A DNA stretch of 64,000 nucleotides from Candidatus Hodarchaeota archaeon. Lineage in GTDB: Archaea; Asgardarchaeota; Heimdallarchaeia; Hodarchaeales; Hodarchaeaceae. Of this stretch, positions 40,674 to 51,334 are shown one piece after another. The stretch lies in NCBI GenBank assembly GCA_016840035.1, contig JAEOTC010000086.1:32001-96000 (forward strand), read 5' to 3'. A program made the translations under genes and the position numbers. Within the stretch, counting starts at the first letter, position 1, and each line of letters opens with the position of its first letter. Below the pieces are notes generated by a model, which ran no database searches, was not told the DNA's origin, and worked only from the letters and a program-made list of their open reading frames with translations.

Positions 40674-42656
40674 TTGGATTTGGAGAAGAATTTACGCCAA
40701 ATTTTGATGAAACTTCGAACAGATAAGCTGATAGAAGAAAAAGTTCTACTATCACAGCTCGAGAAATTTGAAAAAATAACCAAGCAGAATATAGCATTAC
40801 CTTCACCTCCCTTATTAGCAGTTTTGCAGACTGTTGACCAAAATCAGCTAATAACAGAATTAAATGCAAAAATGGAAGAACTAGAAGGAAAGATTGAAAG
40901 TATAATATCTTCTTGGGAGAGTAACAGAATATCAGATGACGAGGCACGTGGTAAAATCTCTTCTCTTGTGGAATTAAAACAGTTTTATGGTTTACAGAGA
41001 GAGGGTTTAAATAAATTTGTTATGGAACGATTAAATTTTCTTACATCCATTATCAAAGATTCTGGTCAATCTTTTCATGATTTCTTTTTTTCTGAATACG
41101 ATGAAAACGCTTTAGGAATAGAACCAGAAGTAAAGAACACTTTCTTAGAAATTTGGATGAAACATCAAGTCGCTGACTATGATCCTAAAAAATCTTCAGA
41201 TAATCTTTTAGTAAGCGAAATTATAGAGTCAGACATCTTAAAAGCATTCATATTACCAATTTCTGAAGAAAATCAAGTAAAATTTCATTTAGAGGATATT
41301 ATCAAACCCTTCCCAGAAATCATTGATCAAAAACCATTATTTCGAGCCCCTGTAGAACAGAGTATAAAACCTGAAGAATCGATGCAAACAGAGTCACCTT
41401 CTTCCCAAATTCCCCCTGGTGACTCAAATCTGTGGAGATCAGTCGGACTTCTCGCATTCAATACTGAGAATAAGCCAATAGGATTAATTCGAGCTCCAAT
41501 CCAGGTACGAAATGTACAATACTTACCAATTGTGTTAGAGGAATCACTTTCTTTCATGGATATTAAATCAAGGTATCTTTCATCCCTATATGATTTGGGG
41601 ATAGATCTAAATACGACTTCCACAGAAAAAATCCAAAAGAGAATTGCTACAGCGTTGAAAATCCCCCTACAGCTTTCTTTTCAGCCATCATTTTTCAATG
41701 AATGGTTAAACCTCTTATCACCTGACTTAATGCCACTTAAACCAAAAATTGCTAACGTTTGGTTTTACAAGACGAACACAGTGCATATAACATCAGAAAA
41801 TTTGATAATTATTGATGATGCAGATTTAGAAAAAATTACTTTACCTGCTTGGATACCAGCCTCTAGCCCTCATCCTTCTTTTCCTGTCTCAAAGGGTATG
41901 ATAATTAAAGGTATAGCAGGGACCTATTTTGGTGAAATTTCGGGAATATTAAGTGAAACACCCTTCGGTCATTCATTGTTGGTTGAACGGGACATCCCTC
42001 CCTCGAGTTTATTGGATATATTTATACAGGGATTAGGGAAACAAAATTTAGCCGAACTTCGATTCTATTTGGCTAAACAATTGAAAGTTGGCGAAGGAGA
42101 AGTTTTTTCTCCCGATAATTTATGGAAAATTAACTTTCAAGAGAGACTATTACGTTCACCTCATGAGATTGCCATATCATATTATTCAATTGTCCCCTCT
42201 TGTGCATTTTTTATGGCACCTGTACTCAGAGCAAAAATTGGCATTTACTTCAATTCAATTTCCGAATCTTTGCGTTTCTTAATAGGAAAATCTCTGTATA
42301 AGAATGATACTCATTTTGGAACAATTTATGGATTTAAAGTTGAAGATAATCAGCTTTTTGTGCTATATTCTCCACTTTCGGCTGATCAACTGGTTCAACA
42401 AGTTGGGAGAAAACATTCTCATCAACATGTGGATCGATTTCGTAAGCGAATTTCATTAGCTCTCGCTGTTCCAGAAAATGAAAGCTTGTGGCCAAATAAT
42501 CTGGCAGTATATTACCTAAATTTTATTTTTCCAATGAGAGAGGAATTTAACTTGCTACCAAATACTATGGCTGAAATTGAAGCAAAATTCGCCTTAAAGC
42601 TAATCTCTTTTTCGGAATTTGATTCAATTACAGAGGAAGGGTTATTCTGCAGATGA
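40674..42656 (+). CDS. Hypothetical protein: N-terminal coiled coil plus three internal repeats (PRC-barrel-like)
   Basis: Three units each with G-x(9-11)-[IF]G-x-I strands and an [IL][AS]xxLx[IV]..P helix. Confidence 0.55.
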   Translation: MDLEKNLRQILMKLRTDKLIEEKVLLSQLEKFEKITKQNIALPSPPLLAVLQTVDQNQLITELNAKMEELEGKIESIISSWESNRISDDEARGKISSLVELKQFYGLQREGLNKFVMERLNFLTSIIKDSGQSFHDFFFSEYDENALGIEPEVKNTFLEIWMKHQVADYDPKKSSDNLLVSEIIESDILKAFILPISEENQVKFHLEDIIKPFPEIIDQKPLFRAPVEQSIKPEESMQTESPSSQIPPGDSNLWRSVGLLAFNTENKPIGLIRAPIQVRNVQYLPIVLEESLSFMDIKSRYLSSLYDLGIDLNTTSTEKIQKRIATALKIPLQLSFQPSFFNEWLNLLSPDLMPLKPKIANVWFYKTNTVHITSENLIIIDDADLEKITLPAWIPASSPHPSFPVSKGMIIKGIAGTYFGEISGILSETPFGHSLLVERDIPPSSLLDIFIQGLGKQNLAELRFYLAKQLKVGEGEVFSPDNLWKINFQERLLRSPHEIAISYYSIVPSCAFFMAPVLRAKIGIYFNSISESLRFLIGKSLYKNDTHFGTIYGFKVEDNQLFVLYSPLSADQLVQQVGRKHSHQHVDRFRKRISLALAVPENESLWPNNLAVYYLNFIFPMREEFNLLPNTMAEIEAKFALKLISFSEFDSITEEGLFCR

Positions 42657-42925
42657 AATGCCTAAAACAGATTGGAAATGATACCTTAGTAACAATCAAA
42701 GTAAAGACGCGTCAATCAGAGGAATTAATTTTTCGAGAAGAGGAGGAAATCATCATCTTTGTTAAAGAACCACCAGTAAAAAATCGTGCGAATAAAAGAG
42801 TAGTAAATATGATGCGGAAGCAGTTTGGTAATCCCGTATCTATGGAAGCTGGTCATAATTCATCGATTAAAACCTTAAAAATATCTGATATTAACCCAAA
42901 ACGAGTTTTAGAGATTTTAGGTTAA
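42653..42925 (+). CDS. DUF167/UPF0235 family protein
   Basis: VKEPPVKNRAN, GHNSSIK. Confidence 0.85.
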   Translation: MKCLKQIGNDTLVTIKVKTRQSEELIFREEEEIIIFVKEPPVKNRANKRVVNMMRKQFGNPVSMEAGHNSSIKTLKISDINPKRVLEILG

Positions 42926-42956
42926 AAAAAAAGAAAAGAAGGAAAGAAATTCAAGT

Positions 42957-44990
42957 TTAGAACTGAATTTCACCCATCATCTGACGACGAGTAATTAATC
43001 CTTCAACTACTTCAGGGTTTGCTAAAGTCATTGTATTCCCAATGTCTTTCTGTTCTGCAACTGCTTTTAAAATACGACGCATAATTTTCCCTGATCTAGT
43101 TTTGGGAACAGCTGTAGCGAACATAATGATTTCAGGATAGACAGCGGGTCCAGCTACAGAGCGCACATGCTTTTGGATAACCTTTTTCATTTCATCAGAG
43201 GCATCTTCATCATTCATTAACGTAATATATGCGAAGATTGTCGATCCCTTTACAGGATGAGGATAGGGAATAACAGCGCTTTCAGCTACCTTTGGATGTG
43301 AGTTTATAGCGGCTTCAACTTCTGCTGAACCAAGACGATGTCCAGAAACTTTAATTACATCATCTGAACGACCTAGAATGAAGTAGTATCCTTCATCATC
43401 AATTTGGGCATAATCTCCTGTAAAGTAATGGCCAGGAAATTGTGCAAGATATGTATTTACAAATCGCTCATGATCACCCCAGACTGTTCGCATAAGGCCA
43501 GGCCATGGCTTATCATACGCGAAATATGCTTGAGTGTTTGGTGTTTCAACCTTACTTCCAGCTTCATCTAATAAGACTGGATTGATTCCGAGATAGGGGA
43601 AAGTACAACTACCAGGTTTCATTGGTGTTACAGCTCCTAAATTAACCATCATATACGAGCCTGTTTCAGTTTGCCAGTAGCTATCAACAATGGGACGACC
43701 AATGGGTTTTTCTCCACTTGATCCTTTTCCTACCACATCCCAGTACCATTTCCATTCTGGCCAGTTACATACTTCTCCTACTGTACCTATCATCTTTAAT
43801 TTTTCTAAATTCCACTTTGTGACATTTTCGTCACCTAGTTTCATTAGTGCACGGATGGCAGTAGGAGCGGTATAAAAGTGAGTTACTCCAAACTTTTCAC
43901 AAATTTCCCAGAAGCGACCACCATGAGGCCAGGTTGGAACACCTTCGTACATAATCGTAACGGCTCCAAGAGCCATTGGGGAATAAATAATTTGAGTATG
44001 ACCTGTAATCCATCCAATATCGGCTGTACAATACCACACATCTCGGTTTGCAGGAGTATCACCTTTGAGATCAAGTAGACAGGAATAATCCCAAACATAA
44101 TAATTTGTGGAAACTCCAAACACTAAATATCCAGCAGTTGTATGAACAACTCCTTTGGGTTTACCAGTTGTACCAGAAGTGTATAAGATGAATAATGGAT
44201 CTTCTGCATCCATCGGTTCACTTTCACAGGTGGTAGACTGTTCTTCCATAAGAGCTAAAAAGTCAACATCCTTTTCGTATTCATACACATCACCGCCAGT
44301 AAGCTTGATAACTGCAACATGTTCAATTGAGTCACAGGTGTCAATAATCCCCTTAAGATTATCTTTCATTGGTCTATTCTTACCTGCTCTTCGTACTTCG
44401 TCAGCGACAACAAGAATTGTACATTCTGAATCATCGATTCTATCTTTTACAGATTCAGCAGAAAATCCTCCAAACACGATCGAATGAATTGCCCCAATTC
44501 GGGCACAAGCCAGCATAACAATTGCTAGATTTTCAATCATAGGAAGCCAAAGACAAACACGATCGCCCTTTTTCACACCTAATGACTTTAATGCATTAGC
44601 AGCTTTGTTAACTTCGTCTGTTAGAGATTTATAGGTAAATTTTTTTACAGAATCGTCTTCACCCATCCAAATAAGTGCTGTTTCGTCACCATAGCCTTTT
44701 TCTATCCAACGATCCAAACAATTATAGGTAACATTAAGTTTGCCCCCAACGAACCATTTTCCTACAAATTCGTCCTGTTCACCTTGTGGAGGTTGCCACA
44801 CCTTCTGATAGGGGGTAAACCAATCGATCATTTTTGCTTCTTCAGCCCAAAATTCTTCAAAGTTTTCAACTGAATACTTCCATTTCTCGAAGTATGCGTC
44901 CATATTTTGAATACGGGCTTTCTCTGCCAATGCTGGCAAAGGATAATATTTTTTTGCTTTTTCTTTTTCTGTCTCAGTCAGCTCAGACAT
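42957..44990 (-). CDS. acs: AMP-forming acetyl-CoA synthetase
   Basis: ILYTSGTTGKPKGV, TADIGWITGH, YWQTETG, PKTRSGKIMRR. Confidence 0.95.
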   Translation of the reverse strand: MSELTETEKEKAKKYYPLPALAEKARIQNMDAYFEKWKYSVENFEEFWAEEAKMIDWFTPYQKVWQPPQGEQDEFVGKWFVGGKLNVTYNCLDRWIEKGYGDETALIWMGEDDSVKKFTYKSLTDEVNKAANALKSLGVKKGDRVCLWLPMIENLAIVMLACARIGAIHSIVFGGFSAESVKDRIDDSECTILVVADEVRRAGKNRPMKDNLKGIIDTCDSIEHVAVIKLTGGDVYEYEKDVDFLALMEEQSTTCESEPMDAEDPLFILYTSGTTGKPKGVVHTTAGYLVFGVSTNYYVWDYSCLLDLKGDTPANRDVWYCTADIGWITGHTQIIYSPMALGAVTIMYEGVPTWPHGGRFWEICEKFGVTHFYTAPTAIRALMKLGDENVTKWNLEKLKMIGTVGEVCNWPEWKWYWDVVGKGSSGEKPIGRPIVDSYWQTETGSYMMVNLGAVTPMKPGSCTFPYLGINPVLLDEAGSKVETPNTQAYFAYDKPWPGLMRTVWGDHERFVNTYLAQFPGHYFTGDYAQIDDEGYYFILGRSDDVIKVSGHRLGSAEVEAAINSHPKVAESAVIPYPHPVKGSTIFAYITLMNDEDASDEMKKVIQKHVRSVAGPAVYPEIIMFATAVPKTRSGKIMRRILKAVAEQKDIGNTMTLANPEVVEGLITRRQMMGEIQF

Positions 44991-45231
44991 AATATCGCCC
45001 AGAAATTTCTTTAATTAAAATCCTGTATGAATGATGCCATTGACAAATAACAAATATTGTCAAGGTGGTGTTACAGAGTATTGATTAACTCTATAATCCA
45101 ATTCAAATTAGTTCGTCTTAAGATTAAGAAGTTTATTTCTTGTATTGTAATTAATATATAACAGATGAATACTTTGTGACCGAAATTGAGAATAACTTGT
45201 AGAATTACATTCTTTCGGATAATTTCCCTAG

Positions 45232-45250
45232 CTGTTATTATAAATAACAG
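45232..45250. promoter_or_regulatory. Perfect inverted repeat in the acs/MFS divergent intergenic region
   Basis: CTGTTATT-ATA-AATAACAG. Confidence 0.4.
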
Positions 45251-45446
45251 ATTACAGTTGGCTTTGCATTGGATTTTTTTTTTTGTCTCCTTCCTGATAG
45301 TAAAATCTAAGTTAAAATACGACTTTATTGTATCCACTATTAATTTAACTTATGTCACTTTAAATATTTATAGTTCGAAAAATTTTCGACATTCAGATCA
45401 TATTTAGAATATAGAACGATTCATATTCAAAATTGAAAAATTACTG

Positions 45447-46760
45447 GTGAGTAAACTGACAGAGACTTCCGAGACATTGTATAATCGGTATCTTGTTGTT
45501 ATAGGTGCTCTTATTGTTCAATTATGTCTAGGCTCGATATATGCCTGGTCAATTTTCCAGACTTCATTGAAGAAAGCACCTTACAATTTGGGTACGTTCG
45601 AAAGCTTATTGCCTTTTGCCATTGGATTAGCAACTTTCGCCGTTGTAATGATATTTGCTGGAAAGTGGCAGGATAAGGTTGGTCCGCGTCGTGTAGCAAC
45701 GACAGGAGGAATCTTACTTGGATTAGGATACATTCTGGGAACAGGTGTATCTTTTTTTGAAACTGATCCTAATTTAACTTTGATTTGGCTTGTGGTCACC
45801 TATGGTCTTATTGGTGGAGCTGGTATAGGATTAGCATATGTTTGTCCAATTGCAGCTCTTGTTAAATGGTTTCCCGACAAAAAAGGCCTAATAACTGGTA
45901 TTGCTGTAGCTGGATTTGGTGCAGGTGCCTTAATTTTCGCACGAGTTGAGACTGCGTTTATCAATGTTATTTCTCGTGATCTAGATGGAAAAATTTTAGA
46001 AAGTGATATTGCTCCTGCATTATTAATCTGTGGAATTATCTATCTTATTGCTGTAGTACTTGGTGCACAACTATTGAGAAATCCCCCAAAGGGATGGATT
46101 CCTGAAGGCTGGCAACCTCCTGAACCTAAATCTACAGGTTTAGGTCGAGACTATGAATGGCGCGAGATGCTCAAGGTTCCACAGTTTTGGCTACTTTGGA
46201 GTATGTTCGTTCTTGCAGCTACAGCAGGATTGATGACATTGGGTATTCTGAAAACATTTCTTCAAGCAGCAAATAGTTCAATAGATGATAATCTTGCCGC
46301 ATCCATTGTAGGAATTTTAGCGTTGTTTAATGCTGGTGGACGAATTTTCTGGGGATATACATCTGATAGAATTAATCGTGCCCCAACAATGATTGTAATG
46401 TTCGCTTTACTTGCATTAGCTATGTTCACATTTGGTTTCCAAACTGATGTCCTCCTTTTGACAGTAATTGCCTGTATCATTGGATTATGTTTTGGAGGGA
46501 ACTTTGCGTTATTTCCTTCAACTACAGCTGATTTTTTTGGTACAAAGAATGTTGGGAATAACTACGGTTTCGTTTTTTCAGCATATGGAGTTGCTGGAAT
46601 CCTTGGAGCAATCATTCCCGCAGTTGTGATTGATGCCATTAAAGGAAGCGGTACGGCAATTACTGGATCCTCATACGCGCCAGCATTTCTAGTGTGTGCA
46701 GTGGGAGCAATACTTGCTGTTGCATTAGCTGGAATTGCAGAGTACTTAAATCGAAAATAA
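45447..46760 (+). CDS. OFA/OxlT-family MFS transporter
   Basis: LGSIYAWS, GKWQDKVGPR, KWFPDKKGL, GGNFALFP..DFFG.KN.G.NYG. Confidence 0.9.
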   Translation: MSKLTETSETLYNRYLVVIGALIVQLCLGSIYAWSIFQTSLKKAPYNLGTFESLLPFAIGLATFAVVMIFAGKWQDKVGPRRVATTGGILLGLGYILGTGVSFFETDPNLTLIWLVVTYGLIGGAGIGLAYVCPIAALVKWFPDKKGLITGIAVAGFGAGALIFARVETAFINVISRDLDGKILESDIAPALLICGIIYLIAVVLGAQLLRNPPKGWIPEGWQPPEPKSTGLGRDYEWREMLKVPQFWLLWSMFVLAATAGLMTLGILKTFLQAANSSIDDNLAASIVGILALFNAGGRIFWGYTSDRINRAPTMIVMFALLALAMFTFGFQTDVLLLTVIACIIGLCFGGNFALFPSTTADFFGTKNVGNNYGFVFSAYGVAGILGAIIPAVVIDAIKGSGTAITGSSYAPAFLVCAVGAILAVALAGIAEYLNRK

Positions 46761-46793
46761 ATTTCGAGAGAATCTTTTTCTCTCCATTTTTTT

Positions 46794-47327
46794 TTACACA
46801 AGACCTAGTTTCTGAAAATCAGCAATTAGTTTCTGTCTCTCAAGCCAGGCATCTTGAATAGCACCAAGATCTTCTAAAATTTCATTTGTTAATCTACTAC
46901 TGTCGGAGAGCATTCCACTTTCAATAGAATCATCGAATTGTTGAATTTTTTCATCTAATCGATCTATAACATCAATAATAGTTTTTTCCAAGGTGTAGAG
47001 ATAACCTAAATCAAAATCTTTGATCAATCTTGAGTCGAAAAAAGTGCTAATCCCATATTTAGATCCTCTAATTAAATATCGTGCTTCTGTAAAACTGGAA
47101 ACCAATCTATCTAGATCTGACCAGGTTGTAATCATTTGACTCATTAAAGCTGCTTCTTGGATTTTTTTGACATCGTCAGAAGAGGTTGATAATCTGCTTT
47201 CTAAGTATCCTCTAATGGATATATCTGAATTTTTTCTATCTGATTGTTTTTCGTAACACGCATATCCAGGAATTTTATTATTGAGCTTTTTACGTGCATC
47301 ACTACTTTCTGGGTCTAGTTTTGGCAT
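46794..47327 (-). CDS. Conserved hypothetical helical protein
   Basis: KIPGY..Y...DR..SD..IR; last gene of the MoxR cluster. Confidence 0.6.
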   Translation of the reverse strand: MPKLDPESSDARKKLNNKIPGYACYEKQSDRKNSDISIRGYLESRLSTSSDDVKKIQEAALMSQMITTWSDLDRLVSSFTEARYLIRGSKYGISTFFDSRLIKDFDLGYLYTLEKTIIDVIDRLDEKIQQFDDSIESGMLSDSSRLTNEILEDLGAIQDAWLERQKLIADFQKLGLV

Positions 47328-47349
47328 GGTTTCACACTCGAGATAAAGA

Positions 47350-48711
47350 TTAGAGTTCCTCCTCTTCTAATAGCTCCTCTTCTTCAGTATCTTCTGATTC
47401 AGAAACATCACTTACTGCAGTTGGTTGAGGACTTGAACGGTCAAAATCGACTAGAGTATCAATTCTTTGTACAACACGTTGCATTACTGTTCTGGTTTTC
47501 CCGCTTGATAGATAGTTGAGAACTGCTCCAATAAGAATTAGGATGAGTGCCATATTTAGTATTGCAATTGTTTGAAATTCAGGTTGTGATAACTCTAAAC
47601 TGTCCAATAATGCTGGGAAGATGAAGATTTTAATATTTAAGATTGGAATTTCAAGATTTAACATCCCCTCGGGTGCCATGACAAAGTATGAAAGTAAGAT
47701 TACGGCAAACAATCGAAATAACATTGCGGGAACAAAATATCTGATTAATGAGGAGGTGTCGGGTTGGGCTGTTTGTGCTGCTAACTTTGATTCTGTTCTA
47801 GGATCACTTTGTTGAAGATTAGCAAGGTAAGATTGTAATCTCATCATAGACTTTGAATCACGAACAGTGTCCCCTCTTCTAAATACTCGTCGTTCTACCA
47901 TTTCACGAAGATAGCTTGAAGCTAAGAGGCCGAACTTTTTTGATTGCATACTTTGTATTGATTGATCAGTAGTTGCTATTCCTTCTTCTGTTGGGACAAA
48001 TGTACGAATGCGCTTAAGGTGTTCCTGTATCCGTTTTTCACGTTCAGCCATAGGTTCAATGATATTCAGAGTATACGAAGTTTGGAAAGCTACCTCGAGG
48101 AGTAAATATAAGAGAAAGCCTAAAGTAAAGATCGGGCTTAGAATCATTGAAGGTAACGAGCTAGTATCGATCTGGGTTGAAATCTTAATTTTCTGAGTAA
48201 AAATCGCTACAATTAATATCATTTGAAAACCTAAAAACGAATAGATCGCTAATTTAGTATCTCCTTCTCTCAGAAATCCGATACCAGAGAAGAAAGCAAT
48301 TGGAAGCAATACTAAAATGATAGTTGCACCAATAAATACTGAAACGTCTGTGATGATATCAGCCTGAGCAAGATCTAGTGTAGAATGAGGGAAAAACCCA
48401 TTAGCCGGATTAAAAATACTTACAAGCATCTGTTCAATGTCAGTAACATTAATTGTTCCTAAACTAGGATCTCCAAGAAAAGGAATAGCTGTCTTACCAG
48501 AAAGAATAATATTTGTAATAATCTTTGCTACTCCACCTAGAGCACTGACAAGCCCTTGAACAATTAGTAATAGATAATTTAAAATTTCAAATACTTTGGT
48601 GAAGTCAAACATTGCTGGATCAATGCTTGATAAGACAAGGAATCCAGAGAAAATAAATAAGATAATATAGACTACTCGGAAGAAGTATGCCGCACTTTGA
48701 CTTGTTGCCAT
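47350..48711 (-). CDS. Multi-pass membrane protein with acidic tail
   Basis: Several TM segments; EEEELLEEEEL tail. Confidence 0.65.
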   Translation of the reverse strand: MATSQSAAYFFRVVYIILFIFSGFLVLSSIDPAMFDFTKVFEILNYLLLIVQGLVSALGGVAKIITNIILSGKTAIPFLGDPSLGTINVTDIEQMLVSIFNPANGFFPHSTLDLAQADIITDVSVFIGATIILVLLPIAFFSGIGFLREGDTKLAIYSFLGFQMILIVAIFTQKIKISTQIDTSSLPSMILSPIFTLGFLLYLLLEVAFQTSYTLNIIEPMAEREKRIQEHLKRIRTFVPTEEGIATTDQSIQSMQSKKFGLLASSYLREMVERRVFRRGDTVRDSKSMMRLQSYLANLQQSDPRTESKLAAQTAQPDTSSLIRYFVPAMLFRLFAVILLSYFVMAPEGMLNLEIPILNIKIFIFPALLDSLELSQPEFQTIAILNMALILILIGAVLNYLSSGKTRTVMQRVVQRIDTLVDFDRSSPQPTAVSDVSESEDTEEEELLEEEEL

Positions 48712-48716
48712 ATTGA

Positions 48717-50183
48717 TTACACCGAACCTTTTCCAACTTGTTTTCCTTTCATATAGGTTTTAATTACATTGGGAAGAATATCATCGGGACCAACATTGAT
48801 GATCTCAACTCCAAGTCCTCTTAGACTATCCTCAACTTGTTTACGATAACCTAAATACTCCTCAAAGATTGCTTCTGCAATCGCTCTTTCAGTAGTCGAT
48901 AAATCAGTTAATTTTGCTTCGAATAATGGTCCAAAGGGGGAAATTACTGTTATTCGATTTTTTGTAGAACGTGCACGTTTAGCTGCCTCTGTAAAGATCT
49001 CAGAATCAGATGATTCCAGATCAGTTAGGAATACGTAAAAGGATGCTCTTGGCAATCTCTGCATGACATAATCCACTGCAGCAAGAGGGTCTGAACGTCC
49101 TTCAGGTTCCACCAATGCAAGGATCTCTAAAAGTTGATGGAACATAGATTTGCTTCCTCCAGGAGGTAGATATGATGTTGGTCTATCCGCATAAGTAAGA
49201 AGCCCAAAAAGATCCTGTCGTTCCTCAGCCATTTTCATAACTAGCATTACTGAACGTATGGCAAAATCGAGTTTAGTATTATACGGAATACCGGCCCCCA
49301 TACTTCCACTATGGTCAAGAAAGAGAACAATTCGAATATTCTTCTCGGCTTCAAACTCCCGAACCATTAATTCCCCTGTGCGACTAAAAGCCTTCCAGTC
49401 CAAGGATTTGAACGGTGCTCCAGGATAGTAACGTGCCAGTGCATGAAAATCGTCCCCCATACCTTTTTGTCGAGTTTTATGTGCACCAAACATTTTTCCT
49501 TGTTGTCTTCGTTTACTCAAGGCTTCCATTCTTCGAATATCTTCGTAAGAAGGGTAACACAATACTTCAGTATAGAAGTGTCTCACATCTTCCTCAAAGT
49601 AAAAACCTAATCTATCATGAATGATGACCTTAACTGGGCCGATCTGATATACACCCCGTGTGCTAACTTGTACAATGTAAGAAAATTCCTTTGTTTCATG
49701 ACCAGCTAGTTGTGTGATAATGAAGTTTTCACCGAGGACAATTTCAAACATATCAGGAATAGCATCATAAATTTCAAGAAAATCTATCCGTTTTCTGCCC
49801 GTATTTTCCACTCTAACGGTAACGTGAACGTATTCACCAGCGAAAGCTTTTTCTCGATCTACCAATCGTGTAACACGGATTAGTGATGCATTAGCTGATG
49901 CTCTAAAGAATGGTAATCCGATAACACTAGCTAGGATTAGTAAAGTACCTAAAAACATACTGTAGTCAACAATAGGTGAACTATTCAGAATTTCAAATGC
50001 TTCTAGAAACTCCATTCCTTCAGGAAGACCAGCTGTTTGATTTGTAGACTGTTGAATTAACCCCTCTCCACTAAAGAGAATAGGAACCATTGTAGTAACT
50101 GTTCCAATTCCCTTAGCACTTAATCCAATTGAAAGAAGTAAGATTCCTCCAATTGCAATAAACGCACCACGAGACGAAAGCAT
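48717..50183 (-). CDS. DUF58 family (vWA) protein
   Basis: GDDFHALARYYPG, DWKA, VREFEAE, MIDAS DHSGSM. Confidence 0.9.
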   Translation of the reverse strand: MLSSRGAFIAIGGILLLSIGLSAKGIGTVTTMVPILFSGEGLIQQSTNQTAGLPEGMEFLEAFEILNSSPIVDYSMFLGTLLILASVIGLPFFRASANASLIRVTRLVDREKAFAGEYVHVTVRVENTGRKRIDFLEIYDAIPDMFEIVLGENFIITQLAGHETKEFSYIVQVSTRGVYQIGPVKVIIHDRLGFYFEEDVRHFYTEVLCYPSYEDIRRMEALSKRRQQGKMFGAHKTRQKGMGDDFHALARYYPGAPFKSLDWKAFSRTGELMVREFEAEKNIRIVLFLDHSGSMGAGIPYNTKLDFAIRSVMLVMKMAEERQDLFGLLTYADRPTSYLPPGGSKSMFHQLLEILALVEPEGRSDPLAAVDYVMQRLPRASFYVFLTDLESSDSEIFTEAAKRARSTKNRITVISPFGPLFEAKLTDLSTTERAIAEAIFEEYLGYRKQVEDSLRGLGVEIINVGPDDILPNVIKTYMKGKQVGKGSV

Positions 50184-50229
50184 TCAAGGCTACACCTTTA
50201 CACTCCATTTAATTTAAAGAAATTCCTTG

Positions 50230-51297
50230 TTAATCCTCATCATCAATTTCTTCAATGTACTCTTCATACACCATTTCTTCTTCAACAGGATCAACAGGGA
50301 TGGATAGACTATCTCTGATATCCTCTGAAATCCGAATTTGGGTTATTCCTTCTAGTTCAGCTTCAGGTTTGAGGATTAGACGATGATGGACAATATGAGG
50401 TATCATGAGAATTATATCGTCTGGAATTACGAAATCGCGTCCATGTATCGCTGCACGTGATTTTCCAGAAAGTAATAGACTTTCGCTTCCTCGTGGTGAA
50501 CATCCAAGAATTAACCGTGGATCAGTTCGCGTTGCAACTGTGATGTCACGGATCATTTCTAATATTTCAGGACATACATACACACGTTTAACAACATCCA
50601 TCATTGCTACAATGGTTTGAGGAGAGACAACTTGCCTGATTTTAGCAGGAACAGGTTCATTTTTGAATTTAATTATTCTTAGCTCATCATCAGGTGATGA
50701 GTGATGAATAATCACCTTTATCATAAATCGGTCAAGCTGAGCTTCAGGTAGGGGATATGTTCCTTCCTGTTCAACTGGGTTTGCTGTTGCTAAGACCACA
50801 AATGGCTTTTCTAATCTATGTGTTTCTCCTTCAATTGAAACTTGGCCTTCACCCATAGCTTCAAGCATAGCAGATTGTGTTTTTGGAGGAGCTCGGTTAA
50901 CTTCGTCAGCTAGGATAACATTGCCAAAAATAGGCCCTTTCTTCAGACGAAATGTCCCTGTTTTTGGATTAAAGATGTTAGTACCAACAATATCCGATGG
51001 TAGCATATCAGGAGTAAACTGGATACGACTAAATTCGGTACCAAGACATTGTGAAAATGAATTGGCCATATAGGTCTTTCCAATACCTGGAACTCCTTCT
51101 AAATAAACATGCTTGCCTGTTAGCATTGCTATCCAAAGCATTTCGAATATTTCTGTTCTTCCAATGTAGACTTTCCGGATTTCTCCCATGATTTGTTGAT
51201 ACGCTCGTGCAATATCACTCACATCGAGCATTTCATAGGTGATTTCATCACTTGTGAAATCCTTACCCTTTGCACTGGTGTTACTCATTTCTTCCAC
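50230..51297 (-). CDS. moxR: MoxR-family AAA+ ATPase
   Basis: GVPGIGKT, RIQFTPD, DEVNRAPPKTQSA, GTYPLPEAQLDRF. Confidence 0.95.
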   Translation of the reverse strand: MEEMSNTSAKGKDFTSDEITYEMLDVSDIARAYQQIMGEIRKVYIGRTEIFEMLWIAMLTGKHVYLEGVPGIGKTYMANSFSQCLGTEFSRIQFTPDMLPSDIVGTNIFNPKTGTFRLKKGPIFGNVILADEVNRAPPKTQSAMLEAMGEGQVSIEGETHRLEKPFVVLATANPVEQEGTYPLPEAQLDRFMIKVIIHHSSPDDELRIIKFKNEPVPAKIRQVVSPQTIVAMMDVVKRVYVCPEILEMIRDITVATRTDPRLILGCSPRGSESLLLSGKSRAAIHGRDFVIPDDIILMIPHIVHHRLILKPEAELEGITQIRISEDIRDSLSIPVDPVEEEMVYEEYIEEIDDED

Positions 51298-51334
51298 TTC
51301 TTATTTATTAGCATGTATTACAGTATATTTTTTA

